Of a stretch of DNA of 64,000 nt, positions 24,465-38,655 are shown in pieces. Position numbers and translations under genes: made by a program. This stretch comes from Lama guanicoe. Taxonomy: Eukaryota. Below the pieces are notes generated by a model. It was not told the origin of the DNA and made no database searches. It saw nothing but the letters and a program-made list of their open reading frames with translations. Position 1 is the stretch's first letter. Each line of letters begins with the position of its first letter. The stretch is taken from assembly GCA_013239625.1 (NCBI GenBank), contig MU053493.1, positions 381,793-445,792 of the forward strand, given 5' to 3'.

Positions 24465-27400
24465 ATTAAAATGGTCATGGTAACAGTTCTTTTGAGAGCT
24501 CACTGTATAAAGAAAGTTATTTATGTGGCAGCAACATTATAACATAATAATATCTGGACAACTAGTGCTGAAGATTTCTATGCACCTCATACCATTCCTG
24601 GAGTACCTGTATCAGTGACATATATCCACCTCATATAACCTAAAAATCTCTATCAGCACTATTATTTGACAGTGTTTTCCATGTAATTTAACGTACCAAA
24701 TAAATCAGAATATTTCTGCATCTCCCTATCCGAAGGAGAGGTACAAATCCTTGGAGAATTTCCAGGGAGTCTCTGGGAAACCCCAGTCAGTTTGAAGTAA
24801 AAAAAAAAAAGACTCCACTTAAGAATTGATTTTAAGGAGTTATCAGCAATGTCAAAATATTTGAACACTTGACTAAATACGACCCCAGGCAACTGTGAAA
24901 CCATACTTGGCTATGTATTTAACCAAAATGACAATTGCAATATTTCAAAAGCAAATACAGAACATGATATGGTTGTAAAAATTGTTGCTTTTTTAATTTG
25001 AGAAACTCCATTATTTTAGTAGTCAAATGATTAAGACAATATGAAGGAAAGGGAATGATTTTAAAACACAAAATCTTGGTTCCACAAGCAGAATACTTAG
25101 GTAAAAATATTTTTTGCCATTTCTTATTAATGTAAACCTGTAATCTAAGAAAATATTGTTTCTGTAGAAACACAGATGACTACATTCTGATTTTGCATCA
25201 GTTTACTGTAATTTATAAGGCTAATTATAAAACCTTGTAAATAAATCCATTCAAATTAGCCAGATTTGACCATATATTATAAGATTACTTTTCAACATTC
25301 TTTTCCCCACAACATTCTACAACTTTTGTTTTTAATATCCATTCCATTTTTGTCTTACATGTACCCTCTTTTTGATTCTGGAATAATAATAATTAATTAT
25401 TCTATTTTAGATTAATCATGTAGTTTAGGACAACATTTTTCATTGTTTCCATTATCAGAAACACATCCTACATCACTCTTCTCATCAAAAACACATCTTA
25501 CTTTCCTTGCCTACAGAATTTTTCTTTATCCTTATTAGTCTCAGTAATTTCACGTACATGCATCATGAGAATATCTCAACCTTAGTCCTTTGTTTCACAG
25601 AGAAAACTCAGAAATAAACAGTTATTAAATTTGGTCCAATAGTATTCTGTAGCAAATTTATGAACAGATCATTTCACAAATTTCTAGTGGCATATGTCCT
25701 TTTTATAGGTAATTAATTCTTAATTTTATATTAATTTAGACTTGTATACCCAGGAAACCATCACCACTTTCAAGACAATGACAATGCCATTCCCTCAAAA
25801 AGATTCATTGTGACCCTTGGCTGTCCCTCCCCTTTATCCGTCTCTGCCTCCTTATCCCCAGGCCACCACCGATCTGTTCTCCATCACTATAGATTAGTTT
25901 GCATTTTCTGAATTTATATCAATGGAATCACACAGTATGTACTTTTTCTATGCTTGATTTCACTTAGCATGATCATTTTGAGATTCCTCCATGCATGTGA
26001 CTTTGTCAAAGTACAATTTCTCATGTTTGTTAACAGACCCTAAAATATTTAGATTTTCTAATCCTTGTAAAAGCAAGATGCCAAGGAGATAAACGTGTCC
26101 AGTAATTAAACTTCCATATTTTAACCTTATTAGGGAATGATGTAGGTAGCCAATGAATACTCATTTTTTATCTTACAGTCATATACATTAAAATTTAAAG
26201 TTATGAAATAAGCTCATGAAATTGTTTTCATGAGGACATTTGTAAGCATAATTATTATAAAACATAAGCATGAAAATATGATTGTTATGTAACATATTAT
26301 AAATCATATAAAACATAAAACACATATTAAAATATTACCTTATACACTTTATATGATTTACATCTGCTTAATTCAATTCTATTTAACAATTAATTTTATT
26401 TAATTGTGAAAGTTTCATGAGCTAAACAGCACATCTAGCCATTATCCTAAACTTTTTTGGTGGAATATTACATAAGTATCAAATATCAGAAGCAATCAAT
26501 ATAAATATTTAAACACAGCCTCCTTTTTTCTTTCTTTCTTTTTTTTTGTAGTTTTGAGATGCATTACATGATTCTTTTTTTAGTTTACTTTTTGAAATTT
26601 TTAATAGACTTTATTCTTTTAGAGCAGTTTCAGGTTCACAATAGAATTGAGTTGAAAATAGAGTTCTCACGTATCTTTCTCCATCCACAAATATATACTA
26701 CCCTATCCTCAACATCCCTCATCAGTGTGGCATATTTGGTACAAATGATGAACCAACATGGGCACATTATTAATGAAATTCAATAGTTTATATGAGGTTT
26801 CACTCAATGTTGTACATTCTATGGGTTTTGACAAATGCATAATGACATGTAGCCATCACCATAGTATACAGAATAATTTTATTGCCCTAAAAATCCCTTT
26901 GCTCCACCTATTCATTCCTCCCTCCCTCCCTCTCCCCAAATCCATGGAAACCATGATCTTTTTATTGTTTCTGTAGCTATGCCTTTTCCAGAATGCCATT
27001 TGGTTGGAATTTTTTAGCATTTTTAATCTTTCATAAATTGCTGAAAATCACGCATGATTCATTTTTATTATACATTTTGTTCTCAGGATGGATTTATAGT
27101 TTTATGATTCTAAACCTCTAGTGGAGATAATTTAGGGTTAAGTTTAACTAATAAATGTAGGTACAGAAATAATGTGTTTGCATTATATTTAATGCTGACA
27201 ACTTAGAAGTTATATCTCTTTTATTTTATCAACAATTTTAAAATCTAGTTTTATCTACCAAAGATTATTCCACATCACGGTATTGTTAAAAACTGAATGT
27301 GTTCCTATATTTCATATGATGTTATGTTAGGAATACCTAACATTCTATAAGAAGCACTTGTTTTTTCTGTAAGCTTATTTTAAGCAGAACTCCTTTATGG

Positions 27401-28093
27401 GATTTTTATAAACTAATTTAGTAATAGCATCCATGGTTAGAAAAATGTCAAGTATACATAACATGCAAGTATGAACATATTCATAATTACATATAATACA
27501 GACATGCCAACAGAGATCTTACAGTTTTCATTATAAATCTTAGCTACAGTTCAGTAAAACATAGTGATATAATCAGACTGGTTATCTCCACTTTATATTT
27601 TCATCTGAATTTTTATAAGAAAAACTTTTAAAATGTTCTTTTGCCTGGACATATGCTCTGATGTCAGCAGTGGATTCAGTTTAAGGTCAGTGACTAAAGA
27701 GACAACTAGCAGTTATCTGAGTGTCTCCAAACCATCTGAACAGGTAAAACATCTGTTTTCAGACTTTTGTTGTCTATTCAGCCTCAGGTGGTTCCTTAAG
27801 GGGATCACTTAATCCCTGGAGAGTCCTGGATGGAAGACAAAGGGTCTTAAGTTCAGGTGACCACAGAGAGTGGAGGGGCTAAGAAAAAAAAAACACTGGC
27901 TGGTGGACAGAGGAATGGAGGAGGTAAGTGGAGGGAGGCATGTCAAAGGATCAGGGAAATCGGAGGGAAGGTTTAAAGAAGAAAAAGGATGAAGCAGAAG
28001 CAACTGTGATGGGAAGGGATAGGTTTTAAAGAATCAAGTGTGGGAAGACTTTAAATTTCCCAAAGAGTACATTGATGTTCCAAGTTATCCTTG

Positions 28094-31000
28094 AAGAGAA
28101 GCAAGATGGTGGAGTAGTAGGATTCTTGTAGCTCACCGTCTCCCACAGATACACCAAAACTCACATCTACAGACCCATTCAGCCAACCAGAACACCTGCA
28201 GAAATCCAACAGAACATCACCCTCTTTGAAACACAAAGACGCCAAATATCTGGGAGGATAAAAGGAAAGAAGAAAAAGCAAAACAGTGCAGGACCGGTCC
28301 CACAGGGAGGGAACGGCAAAGGAGGACTAGCAGTCATTTGCTGAATCTCCCCCTCTCCAACGGAGAGGCCAGCAGGATGGAGAGGGAGACTCTGAGGCTC
28401 AGACCTGCCCAGAGCATCCCTTGACCAACAGAATCAAGTTAAACAGGCACAAAGGCTCCCTGCAACATCCAGCCTGAGATGCGAGCCAGCAGCTGGGGGC
28501 TGGGACAAGCTGGCCGAGCCAGGAGGAGGGCTGGGTAGGCTGCACTGAGGCAGCCCTGGGGGACTGCATGGGGCTGCGCACTATGGCTGGGAGGGGATAC
28601 AGAGCAGAACAACCTGGAACACCCATAAATTAAAGGAAAAAAAGCAAAGCAACACTGCTGGTGTGCCCTGGGGAAAGGGGGGCCATAGCCTATGTCTCCT
28701 CAGACATGCAGTGCCATTACTGGTGCTTCTCACGAGAAGAGAGGCAGGGTGCAGCCACAGCCACCATATTCTCCTGAGTGCAGCACCTGGGCGGGGGAGA
28801 AGGTGAATCCTCAATCCGCACCTAGGGCTCTACAACCTCCTAGGCAGGACTGAGACTTATTTACAGCCCAAGGCAGATAGGCTTTTTATACCGTGGTACC
28901 TCAGAGGACTCACGTTGCCAAGACAAACAAGGAGTGAGTTTTGGCATGGAGCAGGGGCAGGGCTGTTCCGCGGTCTTCTCCGAGACTGCCTACAGAGTGC
29001 TGACTGGAGGCAGAACCGACAGCTGCACAGAGCAGTGGAGCGACCAGAGCCGGGAGAGGGCAGGAAGCCACCCGCCTTCCTGGTAGGAATGCAGCACCTG
29101 ACCATGGTGCTGGGAGGGGGTGCAATCCGCCCGCCTGCCTTCTCCAAGAGAGCAGCATCTGACTGCGGCATGGGGAGGGAGAGTGGCCCACCCAGCCACC
29201 ACAAAGGAGAGCAGCAACTGATTCAGTGTTGGGAGGTGGCACGATCTGTTTGCCAACAGGCACTGGGAGCAACACAGACTAGGGTGCTAACAGAGGGCCT
29301 CTGGAAACAGCAAGCTGAGTTCATGAAATAGGGTGAAGACAGAAAGACATCTCAATAAAATCATTAAGAGCACACAGTCTCCAGAAGAACACATGTTTTT
29401 TTCTTATTTTTAAATCTTTTTTATATCTGTTTTATTTTCTATTACCTTTTAAATCTTTACTTTAAAAACAGTTGCATATGTTTACAGTTTTAATCCCTTT
29501 AAAATTTTTGTTTTAAAATCTTTTTATTATTATTTTTAAAAATCCACCACATTTCATTTTTATTTCTTTTGGTTTTGATCTCGTTATTGATCATTCACAA
29601 GTTTGAAATATTGTTTTTTGATTTTTTCTCCTTTTTAGTAATTTTTAAATTGATTTATAATCATTTTACAATGTTGTGTCAAATTCCAGTGTAAAGCACA
29701 ATTTTTCAGTTATACATGAACATAAATATATTCATTGTTACATTTTTTTCTCAGTGAGATACCATAAGATTTGGTATATATCTCCCTGTGTTTTACAGTA
29801 TAATCTTGTTTATGTATTCTACAATTTTGAAATCCCATCTATCCTTTCCAACTCTCTGTCCCCTTGGTAACCACAAGTTTGTATTCTATGTCAATGAGTC
29901 TATTTCTGTTTTGTATTTATGCTTTGTTTTATTTTTGTTTGTTTTTGTTTTTTAGATTCCACATATGAGTGACCTGATATGGCATTTTTCTTTCTCTTTC
30001 TGGCTTACTTCACTTAGAATGACATTCTCCAGGAGCATCCATGTTGCTGCAAATGGCATTATGTTGTCAGTTTTATGGCTGAATAGTATTCCATTGTATA
30101 AATATACCACTGCTTCTTTATCCAGTCATCCATTGATGGACATTTAAGCTGTCTCCATGTCTTGGCTATTGTAAATAGTGCTGCTATGGACACTGAGGAG
30201 CAGATGTCATCCTGAAGTAGTGTTCCTTCTGGATAGATGCCCAGGAGTGGGATTCCTGGGTCATACGGTAAGTCTATTCCTAGTATTTTGAGGAATCTCT
30301 GTACTCTTTTCCACACTGGCTGCACCAAACTGCATTCCCACCAGCAGTGTAGGAGGGTTCCCCTTTCTCCACAGCCTCTCCAGCATTTGTCATTTGTGGA
30401 TTTTTGAATGATGACCATCTGAGTGGTGTGAGGTGATACCTCATTGTAGTTTAGATTTGCATTTCTCTGATAATTAGTGATATTGAACATTTTTTTCATG
30501 TGCCTATTTTCATTTGTATGTCTTCCTTGGAGAATTGCTTGTTTAGGTCTTTTGCCCATTTTTGGATTGGGCTGTTTGGTTGTTTCTTATTAAGTCGTAT
30601 GAGCTGTTTATGTATTCTGGAGATCAAGCCTTCATCGGTTTCATTTGCAAGCATTTTCTCCCACTCCGTAGGTTGTCTTTTCATTTTACTTATTGTTTCC
30701 TTTGCTGTGCAGAAGCTTGTAAGTTTCATTAGGTCCCATTTGTTGATTCTTGCTTTTATTTCTATTGTGTGGGTAGACTGTCCTAGGAGAACATTTTTGA
30801 TATATGTGAGATAATGTTTTGCCTATATTGTCTTCTAGGAGGTTTATTGTATCTTGTCTTATGTTTTAGTCTGATCCATTTTGAGTTGATTTTTGTGTAT
30901 GGTGTAAGGGAGTGTTCTAGCTTCAAAGACATCTCAACTAGATTGCAATTCTGCTTAAAATTGCTTTTCTATTATTGATTATACACTGTTTTCAAACATT

Positions 31001-31550
31001 TTTTCCCTCCCTCCTTTTAAAATTCTCTCTTTTATCTTTTGTTAAAATCTGTTGTATTTTCTATTACCTTTTAAAAATTTACTTTTTAAACAATTATATA
31101 TGTCTCCAGTTTTAATTCCTTTAGAATTTTTCTCATAAAATATTTTTACTTTTATTACTTCTAAAAAATCCATCTCATTTCATTTTTATTTCTCTTGGTT
31201 TTGATCTCCTGTTGTTGATTATACACAGGTATCAATTATTGTTTTCTGATCTTTTATCCTTTTTTTAAGGTTTTTAAGCAGATGTCTCAACTCAATTACT
31301 ATTCTCCTTCAATTTGCTCTTTTATTATTGGTTATACATTGTTTTCAGCCCTTTTTTCTCCATTCTTTAAAATTCCCTCTCTTTTTTCATTTGTTTTTTA
31401 TTTTTATTCCTGCATAGGCTTTAGATAGTTAAATAAATAAACCCCTTAAGGACCATAATAGATAACTGATACTCATTAAGCCACAATGCCACAGAGATAT
31501 AAGCAATATGATGAAACAGAGGAGCCGCTCCCAATTAAAACAGCAAGAGA
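28094..31550 (+). mobile_element. L1 5'UTR unit A with the first codons of ORF1 (interrupted by an antisense L1 fragment)
   Basis: GCAAGATGGTGGAGTAGTAGG start, GC/CpG-rich promoter, T-rich repeats; paralogous to 31551-33590. Confidence 0.85.
29640..30925 (-). mobile_element. 5'-truncated L1 inserted antisense into L1 5'UTR A
   Basis: ORF2 C-terminal CWRGC..HCWWEC motif (ORF 30059-30559) and 3'UTR; the host 5'UTR resumes at AAAGACATCTCAACT (~30925). Confidence 0.9.
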
Positions 31551-33540
31551 GGGAGGAGGCCAAGATCGCAGAGTAGTAGGACGCTTGTAACTCACCTTCT
31601 CACGCAAATACATCAAGTCTCACATCCATGGACCCACTCAGCCAATCAGAGAAACTGCGGATTTCCTAAAGAATATTGTCCTCTTCAAAAAACAAAGATG
31701 CCAGAATCTTGTGGGAGAAAAGGAAAAAAGAAGAGAAGGCAAAACAGTGTGGGACCAGTCCTGTGGGGAGGGAGCAGCAAAGGAGGACTAGCATCCTTTC
31801 ACTGGGTCACCCCCTCTACAATGGAGGGACCAGTGGATAGAGGGGGGTCTCCAAGGCTTGGCTCTGCCCCAAGCACACCTTGACCAACAGAACTAAGTTA
31901 AACTGGCACAGAGGGTTCCTGCATCACTCAGCCAGAGTCAAGCGCCAGTAGCTGGGGGCTGGGACAGGCTTCCTGAGCTGGGCAGAGGACTGGGGTGGCT
32001 GAACTGGGGAAGCCCTAGGGGACTGCAGGGGGCTGCATGCCATGGATGAGTGGGTGCACAGGGCAGAACAACCTGGGCCCTCCATAAAACAACAAGGCTG
32101 ATGTACCCTGGGGATAAGGGTGCATAACCCCATATCTGAACACCCACTGAAGGTTTTAGGTGAAGAGAGGTGGGGCTCAGGCACAGCAGCCATGTCATTT
32201 GGTGCTTAGCACCCAGGTGGGGGCAGAGGTGAAACCTGAACCTGAATCTAAGGGCTCAGCAGCCTCAAAGGCCAGTGACTTCTTTACAGCCCGAGGCAGA
32301 TAAGATCCTTCTGCCCTAGTACCACACAGAATTTGCACCACCAAGACAAACAAGGAGCTTAATTTAAGCACGGAGCATGTGCAGGGCTGTTCCACAGTCT
32401 TCCCTGAGCCCACTTGTGGAGCGCCAACCCGAGGTGGAGCATGGAGCAGCACGGAGCGCACAGTGGCACAAAGCTGTGGAGCGTCCGGTGCCAAGAGAGG
32501 GCCGGTGGCCACCAGCCTTCCTGGCAGGAACGCTGCATCTGACCGCGGTGCTTGGTGGGGTGTGATCTGCTTGTTGACAGGCACTGGGAGGAGCACAGAT
32601 GAGGGTGCCAACTGAGGGCCTCTGGAAACAGCAAGCTGAGTTCAGGAAACAGGGTGAAGACAGAAAGACTTCTCATTAAGAGCACACAGTTTCCAGTAGA
32701 ACACCCTCCCCTTTTTTTAATCTGTTTTTACCTGTTCTATTTTGTATTACCTTTTTAATTTTCACTTTTTAAACAATTATATATGCTTCTAGTTTTAATT
32801 CATTTTAAGTTTTTCTTTTAAAATAGTTATATTACTATTTTTAAAAACCTACCTGATTTCATTTTCATTCCTTTTGGTTTTGATCTCCTGTTATTGATTA
32901 TACAGAGGCTTCAAATATTATTTTTTGATCATTTTTTCCTTTTTAAGGGTTTTTTTTTAAAAGATGTCTCAACTCATTTGCTAGTCTGATTTAAATTGCT
33001 CTTTTATAATTGATTATACACTGTTATCAAATCTTTTTTTCTCACTTCTTTTAAAGCACTCTCTTTATTTTAAGTTCTTTTATCTGTTCCATTTTCTATT
33101 ACTTTTTTTAATTTCTACTTTCTGAACAATTGTATATGCTTCTACTTTTAATTCCTTTAAAATTTTCCTTTTAAAGTAGTTATGTTATTACTACGTGTAA
33201 AAAATCCACCTGATTTCATTTTCATTTCTTTTGGTTTTGATCTCCTGTTATTGATTATACATACATTTCAAATATTGTTTTTTCATCTTTTTTCCTTTTT
33301 AAGAGATTGTAAAAAGACGTCTCAACTCAAATGCTAGTCTGACTAAAATTGCTCTTCTATAATTGATTATACATTGTTTTGAAACTTATTTTATCTCCCT
33401 TCCTTTAAAATTCTCTTTATCTGACTCTTTCTCTTTTTTTATGGTATATTCCTACATAGTCATTGAATAGATAAATAAATTTACTCCTTAAGGACCACAA
33501 TAGATAACTGATACACCATAAGACACAGTGCCACAGAGAT

Positions 33541-34445
33541 ATGAGCAAGACGAAGAAACAGAGAAACCATTTACAATAAAAAGAACAAGAGAAAACCACT
33601 GAAAGAACAATCAAATAAATAGATATTGATAGCCTACTAGATCAAGATTTCAAAAAAGGAGTGATTAAAGTACTGAAGGATTTAAAAGAGATAGTGTTTA
33701 AAGATATAAAATATGTCACAAATGAAATGGAAGCTATAAAGAAACAAGAAACAAGTAGAATTGGTAAACACATTGACTGGGATGAGAACAGATTTAAAGG
33801 CTGTGCAAAGCACACAAGATAATGCAAAGGAATGAAAAAGTGACCTAGACAACAGGACAACAGAAAGCACCCAATCAGAACAACTGTGAGATACACAAAT
33901 AAAAACAAATGAAAATAGTATAAGGGAACTATGGGATAATATAAAGTATGCTAATCTTTGCATAATAGGAGTCTCAGAAGGAGAAGAAAGAACCAAGGGG
34001 ATTGAAAAGGTATTGGAATAAATCATGACTGAAAACTTCCCAAACATAAAGAGGGAATCAGATATCCAAGTAAAGGAAGTTCAGGGGTCCCAAACAGGAA
34101 GAACCCAAACAGACCCACACAAAGTCATAACATAATCAAGATGGTCAGAGTCAAGGATAAAGAAATGATCCTAAATGCAGCAAAAGAAAAGCAAAGAGTG
34201 AGTAACAAGGGAATCCCCATAAGGCTCACAGCTGATTTTTCTATACAAATACTACAGGCAAAAAGTGAGTGGCAAGATATATTCAAAGTTCTGAATGAAA
34301 AAAATTTCAGCCTAGGATACTTTATTCAGTAAGGCTATCATTAAGGATAGAAGGAGAGATAAAGAATTTCACAGACAAGCAAAAACAAAAAGAGTTTAGC
34401 AACACTAAACCCATGCTAAAAGAAATAGTCAAAGATCTACTCTAA
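33541..34445 (+). pseudogene. L1 ORF1p, inactivated
   Basis: LWDNIKYANLCIIGVSEGEE and KGIPIRLTADFS..LQAKSEWQDIFKVL motifs; in-frame stops and frameshifts. Confidence 0.9.
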
Positions 34446-34859
34446 GCAGAAAAGCAGCAGGATGCTACAGAAATGAGAAAAACATAAAAAGGTGATAGCT
34501 AATAAATTACAAATATAATAAACACAAAATTGTAAAAGAAGTCATTGAAATCATTAAGAGTGGGAAGGGAAGCAAGAAAATATAGAGTATTTTTTTCTTC
34601 CTTTTTAAATTTTTTGTTCTTTGTAGGATGGGTTCAAGATATAGTAATGGGCTAATAGATTTAAAAAAAAGGGTACCCACAAGCTAAAAAGTTACAAGGG
34701 AGTCACAAAAACTAAATAAAATCCATGATAATGCAAAGGAAAATTACCAAACCACAAAAGGAAGAAGAAAGGAACAAGGAGGAAATACCAATTCAAAAAA
34801 CCAAAAAGAAGAAAGGAACAAGGAGGAAATACCAATTCAACTGCAAAAAGAAGTTCAAA

Positions 34860-37800
34860 ATGGCAATAAACACTCATCTATCATTAATTACTGTAAATGT
34901 TAATAGACAAAATGCTCTAGTCGAAAGACATAGAGTGGCAGACTGGATAATAAAGCAAGAACCTTCAATATTCTGCATACAAGAGACCTACCTTAGGGAG
35001 AAACACACATATAGCTTGAGAGTGAAAGGATAGAAAATGATATTCCATGCAAATGGAAAAGCCAAAAAATCAGGTATAGCAGTACTGATTTCAGACAAAT
35101 TAGACTTTAAAACAAAGGCCAAAAAGAAAGATAAAGCAGGACATTTTATAATGATTAAAGGAGTAATACAAGATGAGAATATTACAATTGTTAATAAATA
35201 TTCACACAATATAGGGGCACCTAAGTACATAAAACAAATACTAACTTAGATAAAGGAAGATACTGATGGGAATACAATCATAGTCAGAGATTTTTAACAC
35301 CACATTAGCATCTCTAGACAGATCTTCCAGACAGAAAATAAATAAGGCAACAGAGAAATTAAATAATACAATAGAAAAATTAGATTTGGTGGATATTTTC
35401 AGAGCATTACACCCCCCAAAAATAGGATATACATTTTTTTCCAATGCACATGGAACATTTTTAGGATTGATCATGAACTTGGGCACAAAAGAAACCTCAA
35501 CAACTTTAAGAAGATAGAAATTATCTCAAGTATATTTTCTGACCACAATGCCATGAAACTAGAAATCAACTACAAAGAAACAAAACAGAAAAAAACAAAT
35601 GCATGGAGATTAAACAACATGCTATTAAAAAACCAATAGGTCAATGATGAAATCAAAGATGAGATTAAAAAATAACTTAAGACTAATGAACATGAAAGTA
35701 CAAGCACACAAAATTTATGAGACACAGCAAAGGCAGTGATACGAGGGAAGTTTATAGTGATACAGGCCTTCCTCAAAAAAGAACAATCTCAAATAAACAG
35801 TTAAACCCACCAACTAAAAGAACTAGAAAAAAAAAGAACAAAAAACCACAAACGGCAACAGAAGGAAGGAAATTATAAAGATCAGGGAGGAAATAAATAA
35901 AATAGAGATTAAAAAATAGAAAAATCAATCAAATCAAAAGCTGGTTTTCTGAAACAGTAAATAAAACAGAAAATCCTCTGACCAAACTCACAAAGAAGAA
36001 AAAAGATAGAGCACAAATTACCAAAATAAGAAAGGAAAATGGAGAAATTACACCAAACAAAATAGAAACACAGAATATCATATGAGAATATTGTGAAAAA
36101 CTATATGGAACCAAACTGGATAACCTAGAGGAGATGGACAAGTTTCTGGAAACATACAGTTCACCAAGAATGAATCAAGAAGAAACTGACCACTTGAACA
36201 AACTGATCACTAGAAATGAAATCGAAATAACAATAAAAAACCCTAAAAGTCCAGGACCAGACAGCTACACCGGGGAATTCTACCATACATACAAAGAAGA
36301 ACTCAAACCAATCATTCTTAAACTCTTCCAGAAGATTGAAAAGGAGGGAAGACTCCCAAACTCATTCTATGAAGCCACTATCACCCTGATACCAAAACCA
36401 GGCAAGGAAACTACAAAAAAAAGAGAATTATATGCCAATAGTACTGATAAACATATATGCAAAAAATCTCACCAAAATATTAGCAAATAGAGTCCAACAG
36501 CACATAAAAAAAGATTATACATCTTGTCCAAGTGGAGTTCATTCCAGTGACACAAAGATGGTTAAACATACACAAATCAGTCAATGTAATACATCACATC
36601 AGCAAGAGAAAGGACAAAAACCACATGATCATCTCAATAGATGCAGATAAAGCATTTGATAAAATTCAACCCCCATTTATGATAAAAAACACCCAAAGTG
36701 GGTGTAGAGGGAATGTATCTCAACATAATGAAACTATAGATGACAAATCTACAGCCAGCACAGTACTCAGTGGTCAAAAACTCAAAAGCTTCCCATTAAA
36801 ATCTGGGACAAGATTAGGATGCCCAATATCACCACTCCTATTCAACAGTCTTGGAACCTTTAGCCACAGCAATTAGACAAGAGAGATATATAAAACAGAT
36901 CCAAATTGGGAAAATAAGAGTTTAAAGTGTCACTATATGCAGATGACATGATACTATATATAGAAAATTTTAAAAGGTCAACACAAAAACTACTAGAAAT
37001 AATCAAAGAATTCAGCAAGGTATCAGGTTACAAGATTAACGTTCAAAAAGCTGTTGCATTTCTTTACACTAATGATGAATAAGCAAAAAGGAAAGAAAAG
37101 AAACAATTCCCTTTAAAATAGCACTCAAAGTAATAAAATACCTAGGAGTAAATCTAACCAAGCAGGTGAAAAACTTATACACGGACAACTATAAACCATT
37201 GATGAAGGAAATTAAGGAAGACTTTAAAAAATGGAAAGATATCCCATGCTCCAGGATTGGAAGAATCAATATTGTTAACATGGTTATACTCCCGAAGGCA
37301 ATCTACATATTGAATGCAATCCCTATCACACTAACCAGGACATATTTTACAGAAGTAGAACAAATCATAAAAAATTTTTATGGAACCATCAAAGACCTAG
37401 AATTGCCAAAGCATTACTGAAGAGAAAGAAAGGGTCTGCAGGAAAAAACTCTCCCAGACTTCTGACAATACTACAGAGTTAAAGTATTCAAGACAGCATG
37501 GTACTGGTACAAAAAAAGACATATTGACCAATGGAACAGAACAGAGAGCCCAGAGATGAACCCACAAGCTTTTGGTCAACTAAACTTTAACAAAGGAGGC
37601 AAGAATATACAATGGAATAAAGACAGTCTCTTCAGCAAATGGTGTTGGGAAAACTAGACAGCAGCATGTAAATATATGAAACTAGAACGCTTCCTTACAC
37701 CATACACAAAAATCAACTCAAAATGGATCAAAGACTTATTAAACATAAGAAAAGATACAATAAACCTCCTAGAAGACAATATAGGCAAAACATTATCTCA

Positions 37801-38655
37801 CATATATCAAAAATGTTCTCCTAGGACAGTCTACCCACACAATAGAAATAAAAGCAAGAATCAACAAATGGGACCTAATGAAACTTACAAGCTTCTGCAC
37901 AGCAAAGGAAACAATAAGTAAAATGAAAAGACAACCTACGGAGTGGGAGAAAATGCTTGCAAATGAAACCGATGAAGGCTTGATCTCCAGAATACATAAA
38001 CAGCTCATACGACTTAATAAGAAACAACCAAACAGCCCAATCCAAAAATGGGCAAAAGACCTAAACAAGCAATTCTCCAAGGAAGACATACAAATGAAAA
38101 TAGGCACATGAAAAAAATGTTCAATATCACTAATTATCAGAGAAATGCAAATCTAAACTACAATGAGGTATCACCTCACACCACTCAGATGGTCATCATT
38201 CAAAAATCCACAAATGACAAATGTTGGAGAGGCTGTGGAGAAAGGGGAACCCTCCTACACTGCTGGTGGGAATGCAGTTTGGTGCAGCCAGTGTGGAAAA
38301 GAGTACAGAGATTCCTCAAAATACTAGGAATAGACTTACCATATGACCCAGGAATCCCACTCCTGGGCATCTATCCAGAAGGAACCCTACTTCAAGATGA
38401 CACCTGCACCCCAATGTTCATAGAAGCACTATTTACAGTAGCCAAGTCATGGAAACAACCTAAATGTCCATCAATGGATGACTGGATAAAGAAGCAGTGG
38501 TATATTTATACAATGGAATACTATTCAGCCATAAAACTGACAACATAATGCCATTTGCAGCAACATGGATGCTCCTGGAGAATGTCATTCTAAGTGAAGT
38601 AAGCCAGAAAGAGAAAGAAAAATGCCATAAGAGATCGCTTATATGTGGAATCTAA
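34860..38655 (+). pseudogene. L1 ORF2p (EN-RT-C domain), inactivated
   Basis: [40 protein letters not shown] (~36935); C-terminal CWRGC/HCWWEC; multiple frameshifts. Confidence 0.93.

Noticed and set aside
28399..29331. Cluster of GC-rich overlapping ORFs (also 31698-32685) as novel genes or ORF0
   Set aside because: They lie in L1 5'UTRs and the peptides are not preserved in frame between units A and B; such ORFs are expected by chance in GC-rich DNA.
32720..33420. ~310-bp T-rich tandem units (also 29400-31400)
   Set aside because: Present in both L1 5'UTRs, so probably intrinsic to this L1 family and not a locus-specific structure.
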